20,753 nt of DNA from an uncultured Methanosarcinales archaeon (GTDB lineage Archaea; Nanobdellota; Nanobdellia; Woesearchaeales; JAGLXL01): the NCBI GenBank assembly GCA_964472345.1, contig CAYYLB010000011.1, forward strand, positions 1-20,753, written 5' to 3'. The notes beneath the pieces are model-generated. The model had not been told where the DNA came from. It saw only the letters and a list, made by a program, of their open reading frames with translations, and did not search any database. Numbering within the stretch: position 1 is the stretch's first letter; each line of letters starts with the position of its first letter. A program made the position numbers and the translations under genes. Below are positions 1 to 8,426 of the stretch, in pieces.

Positions 1-135
1 GCTGCCGTACCAGCAGCGCGCCGCGATGAAAAACCAGAAGAGGCTGGGGGAGTTTGGTGATGGCCGTTAAAAAGTCGGAAGCTTTATATATAAGTTATCA
101 CTTAACAGAAGTAAAATATAAGCGAGGTGGTTTCC

Positions 136-462
136 ATGGATATTGCCGACAAAGTACAGGACATGTATAAGTTAGTTCGTTGCGGTGTACAAGCCCTTGC
201 TGTTGCCGCGGCTGTTGCGGCTGGAACGCTGACAGGATGCGCAGGCCAGGATGTTCAGCCTGCCGGGCGAGGCGCTCGCATCGGTGGGCCGGGTATCACT
301 AATCAATTTGGTCCGGGTATCACTAATCAATTTGGTCCTGGTGACTATATGATAAATGGGTCAGTAAAGTACATCCCCCGGATGGTGTGGGGACAAAGCC
401 CAGTCAACCAATTTCCTGAGTATATAGAGGGCTATAGAACAGGCGGAGCAGCATTCAGATAA
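136..462 (+). CDS. Small putative lipoprotein with tandem GPGITNQF repeats. An N-terminal hydrophobic stretch ends in a lipobox-like LTGC. A GTG at 127 or an ATG at 163 are alternative starts.
   Basis: ORF track 127..462. ATG at 136 is preceded by GAGGTG (124-129). An A/T-rich TATA-like tract lies at 84-95. The signal-like segment is 'KLVRCGVQALAVAAAVAAGTLTGC'. Confidence 0.4.
   Translation: MDIADKVQDMYKLVRCGVQALAVAAAVAAGTLTGCAGQDVQPAGRGARIGGPGITNQFGPGITNQFGPGDYMINGSVKYIPRMVWGQSPVNQFPEYIEGYRTGGAAFR
286..345. repeat. About 24-nt tandem repeat, roughly 2.5 copies (ggtccgggtatcactaatcaattt), encoding GPGITNQF-GPGITNQF-GPG.
   Basis: Direct read of the sequence. Two perfect 24-nt copies are followed by a partial copy. 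Confidence 0.7.
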
Positions 463-493
463 GCGCTGCGCAAGGTGGTGCTACCTCCATCAC

Positions 494-502
494 TTTTTTA
501 TA
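494..502 (+). promoter_or_regulatory. TATA box (ttttttata) about 28 nt upstream of the ATG at 526.
   Basis: The position matches archaeal leaderless promoter geometry. The same geometry recurs at 1653-1660, 5604-5611, 8475-8484, 14418-14425 and 19741-19750. Confidence 0.45.
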
Positions 503-525
503 CTTCCTTTTTCTTTTCTTGGTAT

Positions 526-1341
526 ATGCCCGTCTTCACCCACGTCACGCCCGCCGATCTTGAGCAGCTTGGGCAGCACGGCTTCTATCCCGTCCCGGCA
601 AAAGCGCCCTATGAGCGCGCACGGCTGCAGTCAAAGGCAGTGACCCTTGTCCTCTTCGCCAGCAACAAGCTGCTTGTGCAGGGAACGCCGGCAAACGCTG
701 AGGAAACGGCCGCATTGCTCCGGAAGCTCGGCATCGGGAAGGAAGCGAAGCAGCCGGCGTTCAGGGAAGAGCACGGAATGGTGATCGGATCTGACGAAGC
801 GCTGAAAGGCGACACCTTCGGGGGCATCGTCGTTGCGGCGGTCAAGGCCGACGATGGGCAGCGCCGGCAGCTCATCGAGCTTGGTGTTGCTGACTCAAAA
901 TCGCTGAGCGACGAGGAAGTCCTGCTGCTCGCTCCAAGGATCGAGAAGATGGCGGAATACGAGATAAAAAACCTGCACCCGGAAGACTATAACAGGCACG
1001 ACGGCAATGTCACGGCACTCTTAAACAGGCTCCACAAGGAATGCTATTATTACCTCAAGCCCGGCAAGCATGTGGTGGACAAGTACCCCGGCTGCACGGT
1101 CGGCGACGTCATCGAGACGAAGGCCGAGAGCAAATACGTCGAGGTCGCTGCCGCTTCCGTCCTCGCGCGCGCCACCGCGCTGAAGCAGCTGGAAGGGCTT
1201 GGCGCAGAGGCTGGCTTTCGGCTGCCCAAGGGAAGCACGCACGTCGAGGAGGCGCTGCAGGAGCTGAAGCGAAAGCGGCTGAAGCCGGAGCGGTTCGTGA
1301 AGCTCAATTTCAGGAATGTGCAGCGGGCTCTGCAGGAGTAA
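526..1341 (+). CDS. rnhC: Ribonuclease HIII-like (RNase HII/HIII superfamily with an N-terminal extra domain).
   Basis: Catalytic motifs 'GSDEALKGDTFGGIVVAAV', 'ADSKSLSDEE' and C-terminal 'KAESKYVEVAAASVLAR' match the RNase HII/HIII family. An ~85-aa N-terminal domain ('AVTLVLFASNKLLVQGTPANAEE') resembles the RNase HIII N-domain. The first 17 codons of ORF-track start 475 translate the T-rich promoter. Confidence 0.6.
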   Translation: MPVFTHVTPADLEQLGQHGFYPVPAKAPYERARLQSKAVTLVLFASNKLLVQGTPANAEETAALLRKLGIGKEAKQPAFREEHGMVIGSDEALKGDTFGGIVVAAVKADDGQRRQLIELGVADSKSLSDEEVLLLAPRIEKMAEYEIKNLHPEDYNRHDGNVTALLNRLHKECYYYLKPGKHVVDKYPGCTVGDVIETKAESKYVEVAAASVLARATALKQLEGLGAEAGFRLPKGSTHVEEALQELKRKRLKPERFVKLNFRNVQRALQE

Positions 1342-1682
1342 GTCCTTCGCACGAGCAGGCTCCTCAGAAACCCGATGTACTGCCTGCTCCGCGCGAACGA
1401 GGCGCGCGGTTGCACCCGAGCGAAAGCGAGCGGTGCACAAGAAGCGCGGGATTCTTTGTGCCGAAGCTCTGCTGAGCGCAACCCAGGGGAAGTTTGCCTT
1501 CCCCGCGCCTTTGCTTGCACTGCCCAAGGGACCGATTTCCTCCGGAAAAGAAGAGTGAGCCACAGCGGGAAGAACGGCAGGAAATCGACCGAGTGAGCCG
1601 GCAGTGCCGAGCGCATGCGAGAGGGTTTCTGCGGAGCCGGGAAGCAGTAAGGTTTATAAGACCAAACGCCCCCGGATGCCGT

Positions 1683-2171
1683 ATGGCTGTGGGATTCAAG
1701 AACACCTTCCTCGAAGGCTCGTACCAAGATGACGTCCGCGGCAGCGTTGCCGTCGACCAGGTCGCCATCATGTCAGGCATGACCGCGGAGCGCCCCGGGT
1801 ACAAAGGATCTTTGGAGGCTGGCCACCTGCCGAACTATTCGCTGGAAATGGAAGGCGGCTCGTACAAGCTTGTTGTTGCAGGGAAGGCAAGAGACCCCGA
1901 AACGTACACGAGTCCCGTCACTGAAGCGATGATCATCTATTCTTTCGGAACCAACAATAATTTGGGAAAAGAAGCAGCCGAAGAGCGCAGGCGAGGGCAT
2001 CCCCGCAGGCACACGGCTGCCCCGCAAAGCCATGAGGCTGAATCGCATAGCTTTGAGGCAGGGCACGGGCAAAGCCTTGAAAAGAAAGTAGAGCTTGAGA
2101 ATGGGAAGCCTGAAACCGAGACCCTGGAGTGGGGAGATCCGCGTGCGCTCGTGATGCACATCGACTGCTAA
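1683..2171 (+). CDS. Hypothetical protein with an acidic, His-rich C-terminal tail. No family recognised.
   Basis: In-frame ATG at 1683 sits 27 nt downstream of TATA tttataag (1653-1660). The longer ORF-track start at 1494 lacks a promoter and is probably spurious. It is convergent with cca and the ends overlap by 4 nt. Confidence 0.35.
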   Translation: MAVGFKNTFLEGSYQDDVRGSVAVDQVAIMSGMTAERPGYKGSLEAGHLPNYSLEMEGGSYKLVVAGKARDPETYTSPVTEAMIIYSFGTNNNLGKEAAEERRRGHPRRHTAAPQSHEAESHSFEAGHGQSLEKKVELENGKPETETLEWGDPRALVMHIDC

Positions 2172-3424
2172 TCAACAACGGCCTTCTTTATCCTGCTCAC
2201 CTGCTCGCGAAAGCGCGGCTCTTTCAGGATGTTCCGGAGAGCATTTGATAGGTGGTATTCCTTCACCGGCACCTTCGCCCACAGGATGCCGTTCCTCACC
2301 AGCGTCGTGCGGTGCTTCTTCCGGAAGTCAGCAGCATGCTGTTCCAGCTTCACCGGCGGGCCCTTGCGGAGCTCGAAGCGCGCGCGCTGCCGCTTCCTGA
2401 CGATGAGCCAGAACACCGCGGCGCGCGCGCGGTCCCATTCCCATCCCGCGCCAGCCAGCTGGAAATCGTGCAGCCTTCTCTTGAGGAACTCGAATGCCTG
2501 CACCAGCTTCGCGCCGGCGACGTCCTCCTTCGCGTGCAGGGGGGTGAGCTCAAGCCAGACGAGATGGCTGCGCTTCTTTTTCTTCCGCAGCGCTTCAAGG
2601 CTCGCTGCCTGCTGCTCAAAAAAGCGCACGCCCTGCTTCTTCAGGAAGGCTGCAGCCTGCTTCCGGAAGCGCAGCCATTGCTCCCTGCCCAGTGCAGCCG
2701 CAGCATTGCGCGCTGGATCAACCGGATCGATGACAATCAGCGGTGAGTGCAGCTTCGCTTCGTTGAGCGTCTCCCACACCTTGGTCTTGTTGGGGTAATG
2801 GTGCGCAGCATCGACAATCTGCTTCTCCTCCCATGCTGTTGCGGCTCTCAGGAGCTTTTCAAAGCCGCCGTAGCGGATCGTGAGCACTTCGAGCACGTAG
2901 CCGCTGAACCCGCGGATGTAGCTTTCCGCGCCATAGCAGCGCTGGGCCTTGCAGAACGCTTTCGCAAGGCGGATCTCGTCGCGCAGCTGCCGGGTGCTGT
3001 TCTTTTTCACCCACTGCGCGTGCAACGGGCTGACGTCAGTGATGTTGGCTGCCTGCGACGCTTTTCGCACGTCCAGGATCGGAATCAGCTCAAATGTGAA
3101 GCCTGCGCGCCTGACGCGGAAATAATCGCGGGAGCCGTGCAGCCGCTCAGGGGAGGTCACTGCCTTTTTCAGCCGCGCCGCGAGCAGGTCGGCAAGCTGG
3201 TGGCTTCGCCCACGGTACTGCTCAGCGGGGAAGAGTATGAAGATGTCGGCGTCATGCTGGCCGCGGAGCCAGGTGCCCTTGGCGCCGCTGCCTCCCAGGA
3301 CGGCGCGCGCGTCGCCCACGGCAGCATTCAGGCGCACGAGGAATGCAGCGATGCGTGCAGCAACGTCCTTCTCCTCGTCGCGCGTCGGCGCGAGCCGCGC
3401 AAGCACCTGCTCTTTCCAGCCCAT
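2168..3424 (-). CDS. cca: Archaeal class I CCA-adding tRNA nucleotidyltransferase.
   Basis: N-terminal pol-beta NTase signature 'GGSGAKGTWLRGQHDADIFILF'. Length 418 aa and overall layout are typical of the archaeal CCA enzyme. Confidence 0.85.
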   Translation of the reverse strand: MGWKEQVLARLAPTRDEEKDVAARIAAFLVRLNAAVGDARAVLGGSGAKGTWLRGQHDADIFILFPAEQYRGRSHQLADLLAARLKKAVTSPERLHGSRDYFRVRRAGFTFELIPILDVRKASQAANITDVSPLHAQWVKKNSTRQLRDEIRLAKAFCKAQRCYGAESYIRGFSGYVLEVLTIRYGGFEKLLRAATAWEEKQIVDAAHHYPNKTKVWETLNEAKLHSPLIVIDPVDPARNAAAALGREQWLRFRKQAAAFLKKQGVRFFEQQAASLEALRKKKKRSHLVWLELTPLHAKEDVAGAKLVQAFEFLKRRLHDFQLAGAGWEWDRARAAVFWLIVRKRQRARFELRKGPPVKLEQHAADFRKKHRTTLVRNGILWAKVPVKEYHLSNALRNILKEPRFREQVSRIKKAVVD

Positions 3425-3485
3425 AAGCGGAAGGCGTGCGCCGGTGTTTATTAATATTTTGAATGGTATGTCGTTCGCCCGCCCT

Positions 3486-3860
3486 TCACCTCACAAATTC
3501 CACATTCTCCAGATGCTCAAACGCACGATCGCCGGTCAGAAATGGGATGCTGCGCTTCCGCGCAAGCACATAGCCGATGCAGTCAACGTAGGAGAGGTTG
3601 CTCTTTTTGTGCACCACGCGAAAGAGCATCGCCTCCTTGATGAGGTCGTCGTCGAGATCGACGCAGTAGGGAACAAGTCTTGCGTACGCGGCGTCCGCCC
3701 GTGCTTTCCCGTACAACAAAAGCAGGCCGTAGTAAAGTTCCATAAGATTGAGGCGCGTGGTGGCGATCCCTACGCCCGTGGCGAACCGCCGATAGGCAGG
3801 GTTTCCCGCAATCAGCTCATAGAATGCGTACGTGTCGAAAAAGTAGGTGGCTAGCTCCAT
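3486..3860 (-). CDS. vapC: PIN-domain ribonuclease toxin (VapC).
   Basis: PIN start 'FFDTYAFYELIAG', 124 aa. It overlaps the upstream antitoxin ORF by 10 nt. Confidence 0.75.
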   Translation of the reverse strand: MELATYFFDTYAFYELIAGNPAYRRFATGVGIATTRLNLMELYYGLLLLYGKARADAAYARLVPYCVDLDDDLIKEAMLFRVVHKKSNLSYVDCIGYVLARKRSIPFLTGDRAFEHLENVEFVR

Positions 3861-4060
3861 CCTGCGCGCACCAGATCCTTGAACTCCTGCCCCTGCCTGC
3901 GGCGCGGCAGCGAGCCAACGAGCGACTGCAGCTGCGCTTCCCGCACGACTTCAATAGTTACCTTTTTATTGGGCTTCAGGTGCCTGCGCTTGACGAGCTC
4001 CCTGGGAAAGACCACGCCGAGCGAGTTGCCCCATTTCCTGACGGTGAGCTGGAGTGCCAT
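3851..4060 (-). CDS. vapB: AbrB/MazE/SpoVT-type antitoxin (VapB).
   Basis: 'LTVRKWGNSLGVVFPRELVK' is a swapped-hairpin AbrB-type DNA-binding motif. 69 aa, immediately upstream of and overlapping vapC. Confidence 0.65.
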   Translation of the reverse strand: MALQLTVRKWGNSLGVVFPRELVKRRHLKPNKKVTIEVVREAQLQSLVGSLPRRRQGQEFKDLVRAGWS

Positions 4061-4067
4061 AGATTTG

Positions 4068-4089
4068 TTAGACTTAAGTTAGACATAAG
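4068..4089. promoter_or_regulatory. Direct repeat TTAGACTTAAG / TTAGACATAAG abutting the vapB start. Candidate VapB(C) operator.
   Basis: Direct read. The repeat lies between the start codon (4060) and an A/T-rich TATA-like tract (4092-4108, minus strand). Confidence 0.35.
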
Positions 4090-4177
4090 TATAACTACTA
4101 TAAAAAGATTGCGGTTGGCCCGGCATCAGGAGCGGTAAACCCTATGGAAGAGAAGAAGGTGAATGTGGCCTCTTGAG

Positions 4178-4537
4178 CTAGTTGAGGTGAACTTTCCCGC
4201 TTCCGCCAATTCCGCATTCCAGAGCATACTGCGCCAGACATGAGAGCGTATAACTGGTAGGATCCCCTTCTTCACCCATGAAAGCTGGCTCCTCTTCGAT
4301 GACGAGCAGATCGGTACCACCTTGACTTGCTAAAAGGATGATGCGATCTAGGCACGGGTGGGTTATTGCATCTCTCTGTGTAAGCACAAGTTCCGGTTCA
4401 CCAACCCATTTCCGTATGTGGGCAGTATAATTAAAAGCAACCCACATTCGAGTCCCATCAGTAAAAAGGTCGTTCTTATTGCCATCTCCAACATTAATGT
4501 AACCAACGACACACAAAGAGTAGCATCTGGAGTCCAT
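4178..4537 (-). CDS. Hypothetical protein of about 119 aa in an AT-richer patch. The ORF track extends it to 4615.
   Basis: ATG at 4537 lies 27 nt from the shared TATA at 4558-4571. The longer 4615 start would overlap the divergent gene's start codon. No family recognised. Confidence 0.35.
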   Translation of the reverse strand: MDSRCYSLCVVGYINVGDGNKNDLFTDGTRMWVAFNYTAHIRKWVGEPELVLTQRDAITHPCLDRIILLASQGGTDLLVIEEEPAFMGEEGDPTSYTLSCLAQYALECGIGGSGKVHLN

Positions 4538-4557
4538 CCCAACAAAAAGAAGACACA

Positions 4558-4571
4558 GATTTTTAAAGATT
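4558..4571. promoter_or_regulatory. Bidirectional TATA element (gatttttaaagatt). It serves the + gene (ATG 4593, 29 nt away) and the - gene (ATG 4537, 27 nt away).
   Basis: Near-palindromic A/T box, equidistant from two divergent ATGs. Confidence 0.45.
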
Positions 4572-4592
4572 CCGTTGTACTGTTGCGGAATC

Positions 4593-5321
4593 ATGGTATC
4601 CCTCGGATTGGGCATGCAAATAGTCGACCTTGCACTCTACCTCGAGGCCCACCAGACCCTCATCTTCTCCGACTTCCACATCGGCTATGAAGAAGCCCTG
4701 GCGTCGGCGGGCGCGCTCGTCCCGCGGTTCCAGTTCGGGGATACGCTGAAGCGCCTCGAGGGCATTTTCGCCGCGCTCGGGGGAAAAGCGGTCAAAACCA
4801 TCGTCATCAACGGCGACCTCAAGCATGAGTTTGGCGCGATCAGTGCGCAGGAATGGCGGAACATCCTGAAGCTGCTGGATTATTTTGCGGTGAAAGCGGA
4901 GCGCATCGTGATCGTGAAGGGCAACCACGACGTGATGCTCGGTCCGGTGGCGAGAAAGCGGAACCTCCGGATGGTGGCTGAGTACCGTGCTGGCGAGAGC
5001 CTGATTGCACATGGCGACGCGATTGCGGAGAAGACGAAGCTTCAAGGGATACAGACCCTCATCATCGGCCATGAGCATCCTGCGCTCGGCGTGCGGGAGC
5101 ATAGGCGCGTCGAGCTCGTCAAGTGCTTCCTGAAGGGCGCGTGGAAGCGCAGGACGCTCATCGTGCAGCCGTCGTTCAACCTGCTTGTCGAGGGGACGGA
5201 CGTCCTGCAGGGAAGATTCCTCTCACCCTACCTGCAGCAGCCGCTTGGCGCGTTTGAGGTCTACGCGGTGCCGAAGCCGGGAGAAGTGCTGTATTTTGGG
5301 AGGATGAGGGATTTAAAGTAA
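4593..5321 (+). CDS. Calcineurin-like metallophosphoesterase (archaeal SbcD/Mre11-related COG1407-like).
   Basis: Motifs 'SDFHIG', 'INGDLKHEF', 'VKGNHD', 'IAHGD' and 'IIGHEHP' form the standard metallophosphoesterase set. An alternative start lies at 4614. Confidence 0.75.
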   Translation: MVSLGLGMQIVDLALYLEAHQTLIFSDFHIGYEEALASAGALVPRFQFGDTLKRLEGIFAALGGKAVKTIVINGDLKHEFGAISAQEWRNILKLLDYFAVKAERIVIVKGNHDVMLGPVARKRNLRMVAEYRAGESLIAHGDAIAEKTKLQGIQTLIIGHEHPALGVREHRRVELVKCFLKGAWKRRTLIVQPSFNLLVEGTDVLQGRFLSPYLQQPLGAFEVYAVPKPGEVLYFGRMRDLK

Positions 5322-5603
5322 ACGCCGCGGGAGGGATTCTCAGTGACTTTTGAACCCTCACGCCCTTGCGGACACTGGATATCTGCGCGGAAGGTGTTGT
5401 CATCTCATGCAGTGCAGCATCAAACACCTGCTGGGATAGCAATCCAGCGCACTACCAGGTTATGCGACCGCGGCGCCTGGATGCCAAAGCCGGACAGCGG
5501 TTTATAAATATTTGGGCGGTGCGGCGGTTTTGGGTAATGGCCTTCCCTGGCTGCAATGCATTGTTCCTGCTACAGCCGAAGCATGAGCGCCATCGGCAAC
5601 ACA

Positions 5604-5611
5604 TTTTTAAA
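5604..5611 (+). promoter_or_regulatory. TATA box (tttttaaa) 26 nt upstream of the alaS ATG.
   Basis: Direct read. A second TATA-like box (tttataaata, 5501-5510) lies about 100 nt further upstream. Confidence 0.5.
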
Positions 5612-5633
5612 CATCCCGACGTTCCCGCATCTG

Positions 5634-8426
5634 ATGGACATCAAGGAAATCAAGGCGCGCTTCAAGCAGGAGGCGCAGAAACACCCTGAGAAGCACTACC
5701 CTGTCACGGCGCTGAAAGAGCTGGGATTCTCGCGGAAGCAGTGCAAGGCCTGCAGCGCGTTCTTCTGGAGCCAGGAGCCGCAGGCGACGTGCGGCGACGC
5801 AGCCTGCACCGGTGGCTTCTCGTTCATCGGAAACAGCCCGGCGAAGAAAAAGCTCAGCTACGCTGAAACGTGGAAGGTGTTTGCGAAGATCCACCGGAAG
5901 CTCGGCTACACGCCGATCCCGCGCTACCCCGTCGTCGCACGCTGGCGCGAGGATACCGACTTTGTGCAGGCAGGCATCTATATCTTCCAGCCGTATGTCG
6001 TTACGGGCGAGGTCAAGCCGGCCGCAAACCCCGTGGTCGAGCCGCAGCTGTGCCTGCGCTTCAACGACATTGACAACGTCGGCATCACCGGCTCGCATTA
6101 TGTCTGCTTTGTCATGATGGGTGAGCATGCGTTCATGCCTCCCGCGGACTTCAAGCCTTCCCAGTATGTCCAGGACCACCTGGCATGGCTCAACCAAGGG
6201 CTCGGCCTTCCTCTGAAAGAGATCACCATCCATGAAGACGCCTGGGGGGGAGGCGGCAACCTCGGGCCGAGCATGGAGTTCTTCTCCCGCGGGCTGGAGC
6301 TGAGCAACCAGGTTTATATGCACTATGAGGTACTGCCGGACGGCTCCACCAAGGACCTGAACATCAAGGTGCTCGACATGGGGCAGGGGCAGGAGCGCGT
6401 GCCGTGGTTCACGCAGGGCGAGGTCACGAGCTACGAAACGACGTTTCCTGCAGTCATCAAAAGGCTCAGGAAAGCCACCGGCGTCGCGCTCGACCGGCAG
6501 TTCATGAAGCGCTTCCTTCCGTATGCTGCATTGCTGAATGTCGATGAGGTCGCCGATGTCGATGCGGCATGGCAGCGTGTCGCAAAGCTGACGGGCATTT
6601 CTGCCCCTGAGCTGCGCGAACAGGTCCAGCAGCAGGCTGCGCTCTACTCGGTTGCGGAGCATGCACGCGCGCTGCTCGTCGCCTTCCACGACGGCGCGCT
6701 GCCGAGCAATGTCGGGGGAGGCTATAATCTCCGCGTCATTTTCCGCCGCGCGCTCGGGCTTGCGCAGCGCTTCGGGTGGGATGTCTCACTGCCCGACATC
6801 TGCGCGTGGCATGCTGCGGAGCTGAAGAAGCTCTTTCCCGAGCTGCAGCAGAACCTCGGCGAGGTCGCGAAGATCCTTGAGGTTGAGAAGGGCAAGTACG
6901 GGAGCACGCGGGAAAAGGCGCACGCGATGGTCGCACGCATCACCCGGCAGCAGGTAACCGACAAGGTCCTGCTGCAGCTGTATGACAGCCACGGGATTGC
7001 GCCGGAGCTCGTGAAAGAGGAAGCGGCCAAAGCGGGCATGGCCCTTGAAGTGCCGGAGAACTTCTACGCGCGGGTCGCTGACCTGCACGAGAAGAAAGCG
7101 CAGGTCCATGCGACAGAAAAGCAGGAAAAGCTCGAGCTGCACGGCATCCCCGAGACGAAAGCGCTCTATTTCGGCGACTGGCGCGCCCCTGCGCAGTTCA
7201 CCGCAGCGGTGCTGAGCGTGCAGCGCTCCCTGGTGGTGCTTGACCAGACATGGTTCTACCCCACGTCAGGCGGCCAGCTGCATGACACCGGCACGCTGGA
7301 CGGCATTGCGGTCGTCGATGTGTTCAAGCAGGGGCCCCACATCATCCACCGGCTGGAGAAAGACGCCCCATTCACGCGCGGCTCCCAGGCCGTCGGGCGC
7401 ATTGACGCGAAGCGCAGGCAGCAGCTCGCGCAGCACCACACTGCGACCCACATTATCAATGCGGCCGCCCGCACGGTGCTGGGGCAGCATGCGAACCAGG
7501 CAGGAGCGAAAAAAACCCCGGAGAAGGCAAGCATCGACCTGACGCATTACGCTGCGCTGGGCGATGATGAGCTGTTCGCGATCGAGGAGGAAGCCAACCG
7601 TATCGTGCAGCGCGCAGTCCCCGTGCACAAGTCATTCATCCCCCGTGATGAGGCCGAGAAGCGCTTTGGCGTCGGCATCTACCAGGGCGGCGCCGCTCCG
7701 GGAAACCTGCTGCGCATCGTGGACATCGAAGGGATTGACGTTGAAGCGTGCGGCGGAACGCACCTCAACAGCACGGCAGAAGCGGGGCTGATCCACATCA
7801 TCGGATCAAGCAAGATTGCGGATGACCTGGTGAGGATCGAGTTTGCCGCCGGCGACGCAGCACGCTCCTGGGAAGCATCGCTGCGCGAGCGGAGTGCGGC
7901 GATCACGGCGCTTGTGAAGCGGCTCGCAGGCATTGACGTGGCAGTGACACCGCACCAGCTGCAGCCTGCTGCGGATGTGTTTCATGTCGCCGTGGAGCAG
8001 CTTCCCGGGACCATCGAAAAGTTCCTTCACGAGGTTTCGCGTGCTGCAGGGGCGCAGCGCAGGGATGAAGCTGAGCGCTTTGCGCCGGGGCCGCTTGTGT
8101 CATTCTGTGCGGAGCTCTTTGCGGCGTGGAAGCGGCAGCAGAAGGAGCATGCGCAGCTGCAGGAGCAGCTGGTCAGGGAGCAGGCCTCCAAACTCAAGGA
8201 GCGCTCGGTGCAGCTGATAGATGCGGAGAGCAGTGCGCTGCGCGAGATTGCGGCATCGTTCAAGGAGCTGCTGCTGGTGAACCGTGAAGGGCAGTTCGTC
8301 TTCAAGGGGAGCGACGCGAAGTTTCAGGGGCTGGTGGAGCGCTTTGGCGCAAAAGGCGGCGGCCACGGGCTGCGGCAGGGGCGCGTCACAGACCCGATGA
8401 AGGTCGCGAAGGAGTTCCGGTTCTGA
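5634..8426 (+). CDS. alaS: Alanyl-tRNA synthetase, archaeal type.
   Basis: 'LKELGFSRKQCKACSAFFWS', 'IHEDAWGGGGNLGPSMEFFSRGLELSNQVYM', an editing-domain 'HTATHII...CGGTHL', and the C-terminal domain. The true start is the ATG at 5634, not ORF-track 5556. Confidence 0.95.
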   Translation: MDIKEIKARFKQEAQKHPEKHYPVTALKELGFSRKQCKACSAFFWSQEPQATCGDAACTGGFSFIGNSPAKKKLSYAETWKVFAKIHRKLGYTPIPRYPVVARWREDTDFVQAGIYIFQPYVVTGEVKPAANPVVEPQLCLRFNDIDNVGITGSHYVCFVMMGEHAFMPPADFKPSQYVQDHLAWLNQGLGLPLKEITIHEDAWGGGGNLGPSMEFFSRGLELSNQVYMHYEVLPDGSTKDLNIKVLDMGQGQERVPWFTQGEVTSYETTFPAVIKRLRKATGVALDRQFMKRFLPYAALLNVDEVADVDAAWQRVAKLTGISAPELREQVQQQAALYSVAEHARALLVAFHDGALPSNVGGGYNLRVIFRRALGLAQRFGWDVSLPDICAWHAAELKKLFPELQQNLGEVAKILEVEKGKYGSTREKAHAMVARITRQQVTDKVLLQLYDSHGIAPELVKEEAAKAGMALEVPENFYARVADLHEKKAQVHATEKQEKLELHGIPETKALYFGDWRAPAQFTAAVLSVQRSLVVLDQTWFYPTSGGQLHDTGTLDGIAVVDVFKQGPHIIHRLEKDAPFTRGSQAVGRIDAKRRQQLAQHHTATHIINAAARTVLGQHANQAGAKKTPEKASIDLTHYAALGDDELFAIEEEANRIVQRAVPVHKSFIPRDEAEKRFGVGIYQGGAAPGNLLRIVDIEGIDVEACGGTHLNSTAEAGLIHIIGSSKIADDLVRIEFAAGDAARSWEASLRERSAAITALVKRLAGIDVAVTPHQLQPAADVFHVAVEQLPGTIEKFLHEVSRAAGAQRRDEAERFAPGPLVSFCAELFAAWKRQQKEHAQLQEQLVREQASKLKERSVQLIDAESSALREIAASFKELLLVNREGQFVFKGSDAKFQGLVERFGAKGGGHGLRQGRVTDPMKVAKEFRF

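Noticed and set aside
1-69. Possible 3' end of an upstream plus-strand gene running off the window edge.
   Set aside because: Two frames are open to the edge (stops at 58-60 or 67-69), and about 20 codons are too few to assign.
475-525. ORF-track N-terminus of rnhC (MVLPPSLFYTSFFFSWY).
   Set aside because: It translates the T-rich TATA region. The ATG at 526 has proper promoter spacing.
1021-1804. Overlapping minus-strand ORFs 1021..1563, 1050..1727 and 1364..1804 across the rnhC 3' end and the 1342-1682 spacer.
   Set aside because: They are mutually overlapping shadow frames with Arg/Ser-rich low-complexity translations and no promoter. The spacer may hold a structured element (hairpin GAGCAGGC 1353-1360 / GCCTGCTC 1382-1389), but I could not support a specific RNA gene.
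2229-3454. Plus-strand ORFs 2229..2798, 2252..2746 and 2747..3454, antisense to cca.
   Set aside because: They are antisense to a strongly supported CCA-enzyme gene and have an Arg/Ala/Ser-rich composition typical of GC-rich shadow frames.
5556-5633. ORF-track N-terminus of alaS (MHCSCYSRSMSAIGNTFLNIPTFPHL).
   Set aside because: It reads through the TATA box at 5604-5611. Homology to AlaRS N-termini begins at the ATG at 5634.
5607-8305. Many long antisense and alternative-frame ORFs inside alaS, such as 5607..6689(-) 360 aa, 7266..7628(-) and 8027..8305(-).
   Set aside because: They lie wholly within a confidently identified AlaRS gene. Long stop-free frames are expected in GC-rich DNA. They show no promoter geometry and no recognisable motifs.
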